NCBI GenBank assembly: GCA_951406725.2 | Contig: OX597818.1 | Coordinates: forward strand, 137,950,001-138,014,000 | From: Octopus vulgaris | Lineage: Eukaryota | Reading direction: 5' to 3' | Length of the DNA: 64,000 nucleotides | Shown here: piece by piece, positions 1 to 13,437 of the stretch | How the letters are laid out: the number at the start of each line of letters is the position of its first letter | How positions within the stretch are numbered: position 1 is the stretch's first letter | Translations under genes and position numbers: made by a program | Notes under the pieces: model-generated | What the model was told of the DNA's origin: nothing | Database searches by the model: none | What the model saw: the letters and a program-made list of their open reading frames with translations, nothing else

Positions 1-820
1 AATCTTAAATATACAAAATAATGTAAATAAAGAAAATTTACAACAGGTTACCTCGAGGGATGTCCAGAGATTTCTGTGATTATTGACTTCATCACAGTTC
101 CATATGACTAACTTTTATTATTTTAGCCGGTAGGGTCTGATTTAAGTACTTTTTAAAAAATTTTAGCAGTTTGATCGACAGTACAAATGCGTCCTCTCTT
201 TTCCCGCTCAAGTTCTAGGTGAAATGTGGACTTGCACATAAATATTCAAATTCAACACCATCTGTGTGGGTCTCCCTAATATTGAATGTTATTTGAAAGT
301 TTCCCACTTTCTAATTACAATGTATTTGATTCAATCATACTATGGAGTGCTGTAAAATATATCTTAGTTACAGTTACCTTATGTAGTCCATTAATATATA
401 CCCTAGTTCAAGTCGTGGAATCAATTAAAATTAAACTTGTTTCGCGTCATTTTATGGAGTCCATTTCTCTCCGAAAGTTATCCACAAAATGTCTATGAGA
501 TGCACCCAATTCTCAGCATTACAATATAACGGTGAGGAGTCATTATTCGACATAACAATACTGCCGCCATTTCCACTGACGCATTTCAGTACACCTAATG
601 AGGGAAGTGTCGGCACATTTAAGATTTGAACACGAACACATGGCGGTTACAATTACAGGATTCAAACCTTTAACCTGACAGCTTGTTTTACAACATTCTA
701 TTCTCCAAGTCCTCAACAATCTCTCACACTTTTATATCTTTTTGAAGAGTCATAAGAAATTAGAAACTATAAGCACTTATCTATGCAATACCAATGCCAT
801 TCTTAATTTTGTTGTTGATG

Positions 821-856
<36 letters not shown>

Positions 857-1119
857 ATTGTTGTTAAGCAACAAGACGAGTAAGGGTGATTAGGTGAAGG
901 TCTAGGGCTTAGGGGCAGGAGACCCCAGACCTTGGAAAAAAATTGGTCGTCTTGTTGTAGTCGAGGGCTCTTCGTTGACACCCGACACCACTGGGAGGTG
1001 GCCCTCGAAGTCGCTGGAAATGGAGATCTCCAGGTCCAAATTCTTGAACGGCTGTTGCTGATGATGAATGATGTTGTTATTTAACTGGAACTGCCCTTAA
1101 AGATCTGAATAAATATCAC

Positions 1120-1651
1120 TTTCTACCAAGGCCAGAAATCTTGGAGAAAGAGCTACTCGATTACGTCGACCCCAATGCCCAACTGGTACTTATTTTATCG
1201 ACCTCCGAAAGGATGGAAGGCTAAGTCGACCTTGGCGGAATTTGAACTCAGAACGTAAAGAGCCAAAAAGAATACTACTAAGCACTTTGTCCTCGTGCTA
1301 ACGAATCTGCCAGCTCACAGCCTTAATCTGGTTAAATAATAGTTTCAAATTTTGGCACAAGGCCAGCAGTTTCGGAGGAGGAGCTTGTTGAATGAATTGA
1401 CTCCAGTGTTCAAAAAGTAGTTATTCCGACCTTAACGGAATTTGACCTCGGAACGTAAAGACAAATGAAATGCTTCTAACCATTTTGCCCGACATGCTAA
1501 CGATTCTGGTCGCTTACCGGCTTAACCAGGTTAAATAATCCTTTTTACTAAAGGCACAAGGCCTGAAATTTGGGGAGAAGTAACTAGTCGATTACATCAC
1601 TGATACTTAATTTATCGATTATGCTGGCGATACTGACAGCTCCACCGCCTT
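1120..1651 (-). mobile_element. Head-to-tail array of three tRNA-derived SINE copies (family B, Meta-like domain)
   Basis: Reverse complement matches the family B head ggcggcgagctggcagaatcgttagc...gagttcaaattccgccgaggtcgactttgcctttcatcc seen intact at 42117 and 49184. Copies at about 1120-1323, 1341-1522 and 1540-1651 (the last internally deleted). Confidence 0.85.
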
Positions 1652-1724
1652 AACTTGGTTAAATAATAACAACAACAGTCTTGTTATCACTATATATTTA
1701 TATACCTTTTTTTCGGTCATGGAA

Positions 1725-1880
1725 GATCTCACGTCGGTTTCGACGATGAATACTCCAGTTATTCGGTCAGCTGAACAACTTATTCATTATGGATATGTAT
1801 AAGTGGCAGAATATTCCAAAGACGAGTGTGCCCTTAAATAATCTCCTTGTGTTGCCAGTGTCACACAGCACATAGCAAGA
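1725..1880 (-). mobile_element. Degenerate 3' tail of SINE family C (OR/OK-like)
   Basis: Reverse complement aligns by eye to the tail ttaagggtacacgtgtctgtgg...cgtcgtaaccgacggag of the copies at 62398 and 63634. Confidence 0.6.
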
Positions 1881-2773
1881 CAAGCCCGTGGAAAAAAAGG
1901 TGAGAGCCTAACTGAAGGGCTTCCACACAGTTTCCGCATACGCAATTTCTTTTATAATGCTTGGAGCTATTCCTAGTATGAAGTAAAGATATGTATTCAA
2001 TGTGCCACGCGGTAGGATCGAAATCGGAACCTCATAATTGCGGAGTGAACTTTACAGACATTAGGAAATATTTGCATTCTTTCAGACAGGAGCACATTGT
2101 CTAATGTATTATTTGTTTTCTAAGACAGTGGGGTATGGGTTAAGGGAGAAATTTAGCTGCTATTTCTAGCAATTCAAATGCATACGTAATGGACCTTCGT
2201 TGAAGAGAAACTTTTAATTGAAGAACTTAGGTCACATTTCTTTTTTCTTTGTGTTGAAATTTGTAAAACTTACTGGAATCTATTCTTTTCCTCCGATATC
2301 ACCATGGTCGGTAAAGACAAAACTACAAGTAATATATTCGTGTATCGTTAAATCAGCTATACTCATCCCCATTACCTTCTGGAGATTTACCTTCTCCATA
2401 GTCAAAACGCATAATTAGTTTTTATTAGCAGCATCACTTTGTCGAAGAATAGGTTACTGGAATCAATTATAATTTAAATCTTTGCCGATAAAAGCATGTG
2501 TTGGTTTCGTCTAAAAGCTAACGATAGTTTTAGTGGAGGCTGTAAGCCGACACAGTTGAAAAGAAGTTTGTACTTAGGAGTTTAAACAGCCCATACAACA
2601 GATCCGGAAAGTATATATTCAATCTCTATAGATAACAGAGGTGTTCAAACAGATGTCGTGAATTTCTGGAAGTCGGAACTATATTTTATTACAAATTAGA
2701 AGTGTAAATTGAATGGTGAGAAGTCTGAGATTCTTAGACACAGAAACTTAGCGAGAAGCATAAAAATACTAAG

Positions 2774-2774
<1 letters not shown>

Positions 2775-2865
<91 letters not shown>

Positions 2866-2876
2866 TGTGTGTGTGT
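2775..2876. repeat. (GT)n microsatellite
   Basis: Directly visible; one of dozens of such tracts. Confidence 0.98.
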
Positions 2877-4144
2877 AATTTCCGTTCTCTCTACTAATCA
2901 ATAAGGACATCCGGTTAATGAAAATATTACCCCACAAAATGCTTACGAATATACACTAGAAAATACGTGTTGTTCCACTATTAAAGGTCTTTGGGTAGGT
3001 TATTTATTTCTTGTGTTTAAAAACTATAACTATATCCTCTTTGTTTTTCTTGTCAGTTTATATGGAACACTTGTATATAGTAATGTCATTTATATGAGAG
3101 ATGCCAACGGATGTGTCCGACACAAAAGTTTGACACGTTGCTAACAGTTCGCGTTTTATTGTTGTAGTATTTGTTTCTATTTTATCTATTTATTTCATTA
3201 TTTTTTTTTAGTTAGAATAGTTAAATGAAATACCCGTTAAATGCAATACTCGTTTTGGAGGATTGCTTGCAGGTGTGGACTTGAAAAAGTTAATATGTCT
3301 GACATAGATTCTTTTCTCTACGAACTTTTAGCGAAATCAAAACTCGTACGTATATTACATTGTCTCTATTGTATATCTGTCTTGTTCGCTCTCGCTTCAA
3401 ACTACTTGTTCGCTTGACGTCGACCTGAACAATATCGGGGTAGAATAAAAAAAAATAATAAAAAATACACACACATATATAGATATATAAACGAAATAAG
3501 GATTTATTACATTTATGTTTTTAACGACACCCTCCTTGCGTTTTTCTTTGTTTATTTTGGCTGCTTATTTATATATTATTATTTGTCTATTTTGCTAACT
3601 TTATTCTAACGTCCAGTAATGTCGTACATGCCTTGTAATACTTTGTTGTTGATGATATTGTAGACGTTATCATTGGAACACATCAGAAGTTTTCTTTAGA
3701 TCTTTAGAAATAATCCTTTCCATTATGTATTTCATGTTCAGTTGTCATCATTAATTTCTGTGTAAGAATTTTTCGCTTTCTTTTTTCCTTTGCTTTTTCA
3801 GTAATTTGGAACTATTTCTGCACATATTGTAACCTCACATTCTTTGACACTGATCGTCTCTGTCTCTAGCAATTTTACAGAACAGATTTCTGAAGTAATG
3901 GGGGGCGGGCTCTATCTAATCATTTCAACTGTCAGAAATAGCAGCCAAATTTCCTGAAAATCTGTTTTATAAATGTAATTATATGCTGGATGATGTAAAT
4001 CTTTTTTCTGTTAACAGCAAAGAGATGATTATGAATATTGCTGGTGATAAAAGCGTTGGCTCAAGATTGACCTGTAGTAAAAGGGAGAAAAAATTCAATA
4101 GATTCCTGGGCAATGTAACCTGGACAGAATATTTTTTGGTTGCC

Positions 4145-4208
4145 GTTGACCACATGAAATGTTGACCACATGAAATGTTGACCACATGAAATATTGATCA
4201 CATGAAAT
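4145..4208 (+). repeat. Minisatellite, 4 x 16 bp GTTGACCACATGAAAT
   Basis: Three exact units (4145, 4161, 4177) and one variant (4193). Confidence 0.95.
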
Positions 4209-4382
4209 GTGGCACAATCGACATTTTCGGTTGTATCTTGGGTCTCCAAAGGCTTCACCATCTTTCTTATTTGTAAAGTGTCGTGTAGCAATTTCTTGCT
4301 TTTTGCATTGCAAATGCATGACCTTCGAAATGTGATGTAGTGGTCGCGAGTCCAATAAAGGCTGCACTTTATCTTAATATTT

Positions 4383-4593
4383 GTTTCAAATCTTGGCAGA
4401 AAGCCAGTGATTTTGGTGGTAAGGGTAAGTTGATTACATTAGCCCATTGATCAACTGGTAATTATTTAATCGACCCCGAAATTATTAAAGGCAAAATCGA
4501 CCTCTGCAGAGTTTGAACTCAGAACGTAAAGATGGACGAAATGCCGTTATGCATTCTGCCCAGCGTGCTAACGATTCTGCCAGCTCGCCGCTT
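4383..4593 (-). mobile_element. SINE family B copy
   Basis: tttgaactcagaacgtaaag...gctaacgattctgccagctcgccgc is the reverse complement of the family B head. Confidence 0.85.
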
Positions 4594-5082
4594 TAAATTC
4601 AGCTAACATTAATATTATTTTCAAGTGTTCGGAAAATATCCCATGCATAGTCTTCCCCCATCTAGGTATTTCTGAGGTATGTAACTCCAGCAGTTTGGGG
4701 TTGTATTGGAAGTCATGAGGACGAGAATACTTCCTAAGGAGCTCACTGACGACCTGTAGGTTTTTATTCGCTTCGCTTTTCAGCACTAGGTTTCTATATA
4801 TAATTCTGTTCTGGCTGCTTAGCAAGTACTGACTGAGAGATAGTATACGCCATTGCATGGATGGATGGATGGATGTATGTAAGCCTGAGCCTCAATTATT
4901 CCTCGACATTCTATATATTTTCTATCAGCTTGTGTAAGTCTTGCAATACATATATTGAAATAATTACATAAGCCACCACACAGGAATATAATAAATCTTC
5001 TGCATGAAACATAATATTCATCGTAGAAGTCATCATCATCATTGTTCGACCGTGGTCAAGACAATGTGATTTGCAAGTCGTT

Positions 5083-5345
5083 AATAATAATAAAATAAGG
5101 ATGGCATTGCCCTGCACCGTGGAAAATCACATTCCAGTGATTAAGATGCATGTTAAACCGTGACCGGCGGAGGATTTTGATAAATATTTTACTGAAATAC
5201 CACACCGTAGAAGTGGTTATTTTCTGGTCATCAATAATAATAAAATAAACATGACATAGCTCCGCACCGTGCAGAATCATTTTCCGGTTGAAGATGCATG
5301 GTAAACCGTGAACAACGGAGGGTTTTGATAAATATTTTACTGAAA
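5083..5345. repeat. Diverged ~150-bp tandem duplication
   Basis: Units start aataataataaaataa at 5083 and 5233 and both end ttttgataaatattttactgaaa (5197, 5345). Confidence 0.85.
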
Positions 5346-6039
5346 CGAAAGGGAGAACAATAGGTATGTAGTTAGACAAGCGAATCTTCACTGTAGTAAA
5401 TCCAGCATTAACTATAATGGTGATGGGTGAAAGTGTAGAATGATTAGTGGTTCATGATGTCAACCAAGGAATAAATTCTGAATAAACCAAGACTGGAATT
5501 TTTATAGTTTTTTAGTTGAAGATATTTCCTTGATTCATTACGTTCGAAATGCTATTTGATAAATGCATGGGCATTAGAAAATCCCCTTTACTCAACCCTG
5601 AAAAATCACTAAATGTAAGGGGACAGAGAGAGATAACCAAAGTAGCTAGAAGCTGAATAGTCGCCAGTTCATATTCTATCATAGGGTTAGTATGTCTGGC
5701 CATGGTTCTATGTTATCTACTGGTGATGTTTACACCATGAAGACAGCTCTGATCTAAGACAATGAGTATCCCGTTTGAGAGGATAGCTAAGACTATACGA
5801 TGTAATGTTTCGGCCAGGACTACGTTGTGAGTTTACCGATATTTACATTCGTAAATATTTACAAACGAGACCATGGTCCGTAGGTAATCGTTTTATATTT
5901 CGTATATTTTCATTTGTCTTGCTCACTTTTACATTCTGGCGTTTGCTGAAATTTTTCTTGAGACGTCTATCTTTAGCATATTAGGACTCCACTTTGGTGG
6001 TCGTTCCTCTTAATTTATATATATATATATATATATATA

Positions 6040-6190
6040 CGGTGTGCTTCCACACGGATTCCGTCAACAAAATTCACTCACAAGGCATTGCTTGACCCGT
6101 GGCTATAGTAGAAGGCACTTTGCCAAGATGCCACTCAGTGGGATTGAAGCCGAAACCGCATGGTTGCAAAGCGAGCTTCTTAACCAATCA
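6040..6190 (-). mobile_element. 5' half of SINE family A
   Basis: cactcacaaggcattg...ggctatagtagaaggcactttgccaagatgccac matches the reverse complement of the family A head. Confidence 0.8.
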
Positions 6191-6960
6191 CCTATATGTA
6201 TATATGTTTGTGTGTTTGAGTGTTTGTGAATGTATGTGTGTATGTAAGTGCGTGAATGAGTGTGTGTATGTGTGTGTTTGCACGTGTGTGTACACGAGTG
6301 TGAGTATGATTTTGTGTGTGCATGTGTGTGTGTGTGTGTGTGTGAGAGAGAGTGTGTGTGTTTGTGTATATGTGTGCGTGTGTGACAGTTGGTAGGGGGT
6401 CCATAATGAGCAGTGTAAAACTATCCGCCATTTTTCAAGTGTCTGCTTGAATGAAACGATAAACAGATACCAGTTAAAGTATTTGTTGGAATCTTGCAGT
6501 AAACTGTCTGGGAAAGGCAAGGAAGATGGAGTTGGCGGGAGGTGGGGAGTGGGGGTGGGTGAAGAGGAGAATGGATAAATGTTGAGTCTTGGAATTTATA
6601 GGGCTTCAACGGTGTCAGTGATGGGGGGTAGAGAAAGAAAGGATGATGGAGAGGAAGAAAGAAAAAAAGAAAATAAGGTTATAAAAAAAAGTACAAACTG
6701 GTAATCACCTCTCTCTCTCTCTCTCTCTCCATCTCACTTCTCCTCTCTTAAACTTTCTCCATCTTTTCCCTCTTCCTCTCCTTCCCCCTCTCTCTTCTCT
6801 CTCTTTTTTTGTCTTTCGACGGCCTTTGTCGTTCTCTTTGTCTCTATTTCCTTCTATATCTCGTTCCCTCTCTTTCTCCCTCTTACACTCCTTCTATGTC
6901 TCTTTCTCTGCCTTTCTAACAATCTTTATCATTCTCTCTCTTCCTCCCTCTCTCCATCCA

Positions 6961-6997
<37 letters not shown>

Positions 6998-7453
6998 CTT
7001 TCTCTCGCTCTAACACTTTTCTGCCTGACATTTGTTTTCTTTTCCCCCTTACTCTCAATCACTCAATCTCACTTCATTTGTTTTACTATTTCCTCTTCCA
7101 CCTCCCTCTACGTCCCACTCCATCCCTATATCTCCCCTTACTCTATCCTCCCTCTCTCTATTTCCCCCGCTTTCTCTTCTCTCCGTTTCACACATTCCCT
7201 TTCCCTTACTCTCTCTCTTGCTCTCTCTTTCTCCCTCCAACCTCCTACTCTCTCTCTTTCCACTCCTCCTCCTCCTCCTCTCTCTCCCTCATTTCCAGAG
7301 ACACACTATAAACCTTGGCTGAATCCTACCACATCACATCTCACCGAAACACAATGAATTTCAATGTTAATCCTTTTAACTGGACAACTCCCCAAGGAAT
7401 GTTCCACGAAAGGAAAAGTTACGTTATCAATTTTGCGGAGAAAGACTCAACCT

Positions 7454-7503
<50 letters not shown>

Positions 7504-7510
7504 TCACACA

Positions 7511-7549
<39 letters not shown>

Positions 7550-7574
7550 GCTCACAAATGCACACACACACACA

Positions 7575-7745
7575 CACTACCGTCCATGCCTCAGACTACT
7601 ACAGGTCCCCAACCCCACAAGCACACTACATCATACTACCACACAGACTACACACACACACTACCACCCATACCTCAGACTACTACTGGTCCCCAACCCC
7701 CACAAGCACACTACATCATACTACCACACAGACTACACACACACA
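7575..7745. repeat. Tandem duplication of an ~84-bp CA-rich unit
   Basis: cctcagactactac(a/t)ggtccccaacccc at 7589 and 7673. Confidence 0.85.
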
Positions 7746-8207
7746 CTAACACACACTATCACACAACCCATGCATTACCACGAACTACCACACAAACAAC
7801 ACACATCATACATTTCCACAAAACCGCACAGATCCCAAAACTGCTACACAGACTTCACAACAAGCATGGACTGTCACACACTAGCACACATACCACATAC
7901 CACTACCACCTGTACCGCACACACACACACACACACACTACCACTTGGGCAATGTAGAGCCGAGAACCAACTGTTTCCTGGGCGTCGTTTGTTCAATAGT
8001 TACCGCCATGATATATTGTCTGAATGTATAACAATACTAACGACGTTGCAGCAGGGATGATTGGTGGTTTTTGTGTGTATATGTTTCGTGTGTGTATATG
8101 GGAGGTGAGCGTGTGCGTGTTGTCTGTTGTGTGTCTGTGCGTGTGTTTGCATTTGTGTGTTTATTAGCTTGTGTGTGCACACATATAAATGTATATATGT
8201 GTGTATA

Positions 8208-8272
<65 letters not shown>

Positions 8273-9388
8273 TATTTATATATGTATATGTATGTTCACG
8301 TGTATTTATTTACAAATATATATACCCATACACATGTATATATATATATATATACACATCTGTCTATATATATATGTGTGAGTGCGTGTGTGTGTGTGTG
8401 CGTGTGTGTGTGTGTGCGTGTGTGTGCGTGTGTGTGTGTGTGTGCGTGCGTGTGTGTGCGTATGTATATATATTTGTATATATATACACACAAACGCATA
8501 CTTTTATGTATATGCACATGTATATATGTAAGTGTGCATATATATATATACACACAGACATACATTTATGTATATGCACATACATGTATGTGTGTGTGTA
8601 TATATATGCATATGTATATATGAACACACACGCGCACACACACACACGCGCACATATACATATGTACATACATGCATACATATATATATATCATATAATA
8701 TTATTATATCACATATTATAGTATGCTATATTATATTATATTGTATTATATTATATTATATTGTATAATATATTATCGCCGAAAGAAAACCCAAAACAGT
8801 AACAAATATTTCATGTCCAATGTATCCATAAATAATTCGGGGGAAAAAAGCACAACAAAATATGGTCTATTTCTATTGGGGTATCGATATAATATATTCA
8901 TATAATGAAATATCTCAAACTTAAGTCTATATAGCACATTAACTATACACATGGAAATTCTTTCAGCCAGGCATGCGGCATGAAGTTGCAACAATGCTCG
9001 TCGCACGTGCGTTTCTAATTATAACATATTGACTAAAACGAACTTTGAGATTATTCATCTTTAGGAGCTATCAGCAAAATTGGTGGCCAAATTGGATTTA
9101 ATTTGAAATATTAATAAATCAGAGGAAAGCCATAAAGTTTTAAAGGGAGATAAGAATAACTTCTGTACCCAATAAGGAATTTTATTTCAGAAAAAAAAAA
9201 AAAAATGGCATTGGGGAAATAACATGAGGAAAAAAAAAATTAAAATTAAACAATTAAAAATTACTTTCGTAAGATGATGATGATGATGATGATGTTGTTG
9301 AGGTGGTGGTGGGATCGTGACGGCGGCGGTGATGGTAGTGTTGGTGGTAGTGACGATGATGATAATGATGATGATAATAATAATAATG

Positions 9389-9440
<52 letters not shown>

Positions 9441-9441
<1 letters not shown>

Positions 9442-9805
9442 TACAGTCCCAAATGATGAAAAATTAACATGAGAGGTAGAGAAAAAATAGCGAAGTACCA
9501 GGATCTAGCTATTGAGATACAGAGACCATGGAAAGTGCGGGTAAAATGTATCCTAGTAGTTATAGGTGCTTTGGGAACTATCCTCAAAGATGTGAACAGC
9601 TGGATAGAGGAAATGGGCATAAAACCCAGTTTAGTACAGTTCCAGAAAGCAGTGTTATTAGGGGACAGCTAAGATACTTAGGAGGGTTCTTGGCACCTAA
9701 GGTTACGCGGTGTAACCGAATAGAAGGGTTCTTGGCATCTTAGGCTATTTGTTGTAGCACGATATTAGGATTCTTTTCTTTTCCAATAGTCTAATCTGTT
9801 GAGTG

Positions 9806-9806
<1 letters not shown>
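9441..9806 (+). pseudogene. 3' fragment of R4/Dong-clade non-LTR retrotransposon (REL endonuclease C-terminus and 3' UTR)
   Basis: Translates EKIAKYQDLAIEIQRPWKVRVKCILVVIGALG...QKAVLLG. Flanked on both sides by (TAA)n. Confidence 0.85.
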
Positions 9807-9839
<33 letters not shown>

Positions 9840-9852
9840 GTAATACTAATAC

Positions 9853-9896
<44 letters not shown>

Positions 9897-9992
9897 GTAA
9901 TAGTAATAGTAATAATAGTAATAGTAATAGTAATAGTAATACTAATACTAATACTACTACTGCTACTAATAATAATAATAATAATAATAATA

Positions 9993-10059
9993 AATTTTGC
10001 CCTAGGAGTCGGGAAGACACTCGGCAAGAAATGGAAGCAAATTTGAAAGAAGAAAAAAA

Positions 10060-10060
<1 letters not shown>
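9993..10060 (+). mobile_element. Extreme 3' end of the Dong-like family seen at 46279-48007
   Basis: ttgccctaggagtcgggaagacactcggcaagaaatggaagcaaatttgaaagaaga is the reverse complement of about 46291-46348. Inserted in (TAA)n. Confidence 0.9.
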
Positions 10061-10120
<60 letters not shown>

Positions 10121-10156
10121 TGATAATAATAACAACAACAACAACAACAACAACAA

Positions 10157-10595
10157 TATGGTATAAAAGTAATTGTCAAGAAATGGTATGCACATGTGCT
10201 AAACGAAGTACATGACAACGATCAGGCCGCAATCACCTGGCATTTACCTGTTCAAACTGACAAAGAAATAAAACCTAATCCTTAAGACATAATAATCGAT
10301 GATTAGGCAGAAAGCACCTGCTTGCGGAGAGAAATCGCAGTCTCTTTTGACCGAAAAATTGCCGCAAAGGTTATGGAAAAATTGTCAAAATACGAAGATC
10401 TCGAAATTGAGGTATGAAATTGAGGATGTGAGGCATGAAGGTGAGAACAATACCATTAATAATTGAAGCCTTGTGTATGATAAAAAAAGAACGTAAGAAC
10501 AGAAACATAGAAGCTATACCTGGACTCTCAATACCACTTACGCTATACAAAAAAATAATCCTGCTAGGAACAGCCTATATCCAACGCTAGACTAT
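10157..10595 (+). pseudogene. Degenerate R4/Dong REL endonuclease fragment
   Basis: Broken reading WYAH...PVQTDKEIKPN...EKLSKYEDLEIEV...RTIPLII, following a (TAA)n/(CAA)n tract. Confidence 0.75.
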
Positions 10596-10598
10596 CAA

Positions 10599-10997
10599 TC
10601 TTTATATATAAAGCTGAGGTTGTCTCTGTGTGTGTGTGTGTGACAGGTTTGGTAGCCTTCAACTAACACTATCTCCTCCGAGACCCTTCAGCGCAAGTTG
10701 ACCAAAATTGAGAGTATGATAGAAGGCTTGCGCTTCCTTCCGTAGAAGAAAAACTTCAAATCGGACTATATTATGATCGAAAATTATTTACATCAAAAAG
10801 GTGCTTTTTTACTATGAAAATCCCTATTTTTTACGATTTTTTTACTGCTGTGTCGCCATTTTTCGGTGTATTTCAGAAAAATGTTCACTTAAAGAGAATA
10901 ACAAGCAACATAATGCAAAATTTTTACTTTTCAAAAATTCCAATCCTAAAGGGTCGAAAAGAAAATAAACCCGAGCAACGCCGGGTGATACTGCTAT
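10599..10997 (+). mobile_element. Non-autonomous Helitron-like element
   Basis: 5' TC (tctttatatataaag), subterminal (TG)n, and a 3' GC hairpin cccgagcaacgccggg followed by CTAT (CTAG-like). Confidence 0.75.
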
Positions 10998-11071
10998 AAT
11001 ATTAAAACTCAAATAAATCAATCTAAAAACACATAACACAAGACACTCTATACAGTAAGTATCCAACAAAA

Positions 11072-11250
11072 TACGAGGGGCACTGAAAAGTTCTTGGCTT
11101 TGGGTAAGAGGAATTACAGGAGGATCAGTTAGTTTTAATTTTATTAAACATATTCCTCTCTCAGATTCGAACACTTATTACAAAGGACCTTCAGTTTTTC
11201 TAACCCCTGTAAAAAAAAAAAAAAACTCGGAAAGATGGACCTCCTATCAG
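11072..11250 (-). mobile_element. Mariner-type transposon 3' end (TIR and transposase C-terminal relic)
   Basis: TA+cgaggggcactgaaaagttc TIR-like end. Minus strand reads CNKCSNLREEYV*, like the mariner C-terminal KC...GEYVE motif. Confidence 0.65.
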
Positions 11251-11294
11251 ATTTCTGCAGCGGCGTGTGTGTAACTGCGTCTGTGTGTGTGTGT

Positions 11295-11349
<55 letters not shown>

Positions 11350-12097
11350 AATGTCTGCGTCTGTGTGCGTGGCTACATGAGTACGTATGTGCATAGCATG
11401 CGTTCAGAGAGTTTGCGTGAGTAATGCAAGTGATTTTTCATTGGAATTACTTCGCGTATTTCCACTGCGATTACTGACTCACATATGTAGCAAGCGTACC
11501 CACACACACACACACACACGCACACACACACAGACACACACACACATACACACACACACACACTGCGCACACGTTGCGAACACACACACACACACATATC
11601 TGCCAATACTTACATCAACAGACATACGCATAAAGATACGAACTCGTCCACATACACACGCACACCTATTTTAAAACCATATGACTCAGGAGAAAGTGAA
11701 ATTTGACCAGTGGCCATCATGAAGAAGAGTGAAGACTTTAGCAGCCATTCACGAAAGGATTTCTAATTTATGATGATGCTTGGTGCCTCCCTGAGGATTT
11801 CTTATTGTCTGAGATGAATGTATGTTCGGAAATATGATAACAGCACTTCAACAGAACATCATACAAACGTTTACATTAATATCTATGAGGGTGACTGAGC
11901 GTTTGTATGGATGCACGTATGCATGTATGTGTGTATGTATGTATGTATGTATGTATGTATGTATGTATGTATGTATGTATGTATGTATGTATGTATGTGT
12001 GTATGTATATATGTATGTACTACGTATGTATGTATTATGTATATTTGCATGAATGAATGCATGTTATGTATATTTGTCTCTTCCTCTTTCTCTCTCT

Positions 12098-12170
<73 letters not shown>

Positions 12171-12684
12171 TGCATGTGTGCTTGTGTATATGTGTAAGTG
12201 TGCATGAATGAGAAGTATGTATTTTTATGTATATATGTACGTATGTATGTATTATGTATGTAGATAGGTTGGTAGGTAGGTAGGTAGGTAGGTAGGTAGG
12301 TAGGTAAGTCGTGCGTACGTACGTATGTATGCATGTATGTATACAAGCATGAATGTTTGTATGATTATCTGTATGTATGTATGTATGTATGTATGTATGT
12401 ATGTATGTATGTATGTATGTATGTATGTATGTATGTATGTATGTGTGTATGTATATTTTATCTTTTTACTAGCTTCAGTCATTGTACTACAGCTGTGTTG
12501 GGGAACCGCTTTGATAAATGACTTTCCCAGTCGGAGAAACGAGCTCCGATGATCGGGGAGTATGTATATCTATCTATCTATCTATCTATCTGCCTGTCTG
12601 TCTGTCTATCTGTCTGTCTGCCTGCCTCCCTGTCTGTCTGTCTGTCTTTCTCCCGTTCTCCCTCTCTCTATCTCTCTGTATATG

Positions 12685-12756
<72 letters not shown>

Positions 12757-12904
12757 GTATATATAAATCCCCAAAATGGAACAAGAACGCAACAAACGAC
12801 AGTAAAACATCCGGACAGATAGACGATGCGAAGACGAACAAGAAGAAACAAGGACGGGTCATTCGCAGCTTAATCTCGTCAGCCAAGTTACCAAATTGTC
12901 AAAG

Positions 12905-13437
12905 CATAAAGAGGAACGAAACACCGCTAAGCATTTCACCTGGCGTGCTAACAATTCTGCCAACTCGCCGCCTTTTTATCAATAAAAATAATAATAATGA
13001 TAATGTTTCTAGTATAGGCACAAAGCCTGAGATTTCGCGGGAGGGGACTAGTTGATTACATCGAGAACAGTGCTCGACTGTTACTTATTATATCGATTTC
13101 AAAAGGATGAAAGGTAAGGTCGACCCCGGCAGGATATGTACATCGAACGTAAAGGACGAAATGTCGCTAAGCATTTCGCCCGGCGTCCGAACGACTTTGC
13201 CAATTCGCTGCCTTTTTAATAATCCTTTTTATTATAGGCAAAATGCCTGAAATTTCTAGAGAAGGGACTAGTCGATTACATCGACAACAGTGCTCGATTG
13301 CTACTTATTTTATAGACATCAAAAAGATGAAAGGCAAAGTGGACCCCAGCGGAATTTGAACTCAAAAGGTAAAGAAGGGTGAAATGCTTAGCAGCGTTTC
13401 GCCCGGCGTGCTAACGATTCCGCCAACTCGCCGCCTT
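12905..13437 (-). mobile_element. Tandem array of SINE family B copies (one partial, two near full length)
   Basis: Three head motifs ...ctgccaactcgccgcc ending near 12974, 13213 and 13437. Confidence 0.85.

Noticed and set aside
4095-4367. piggyBac-like Cys-rich C-terminus (RKCRLC)
   Set aside because: There is a single CxxC only, the rest comes from the 16-bp repeat, and no DDD domain or TTAA/TIR ends were seen.
8071-8721. Long YI/CV/HT-repeat ORFs here and throughout the track
   Set aside because: They are dinucleotide and tetranucleotide microsatellites that lack stop codons by construction.
12850-12885. Hammerhead-like CTGACGA...GAAT...GTC on the minus strand in a TA-flanked island
   Set aside because: GAAA is broken and the stems do not pair convincingly. 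It may be a decayed pLTR but is not supportable, and the same applies to the fragment at 37477-37530.
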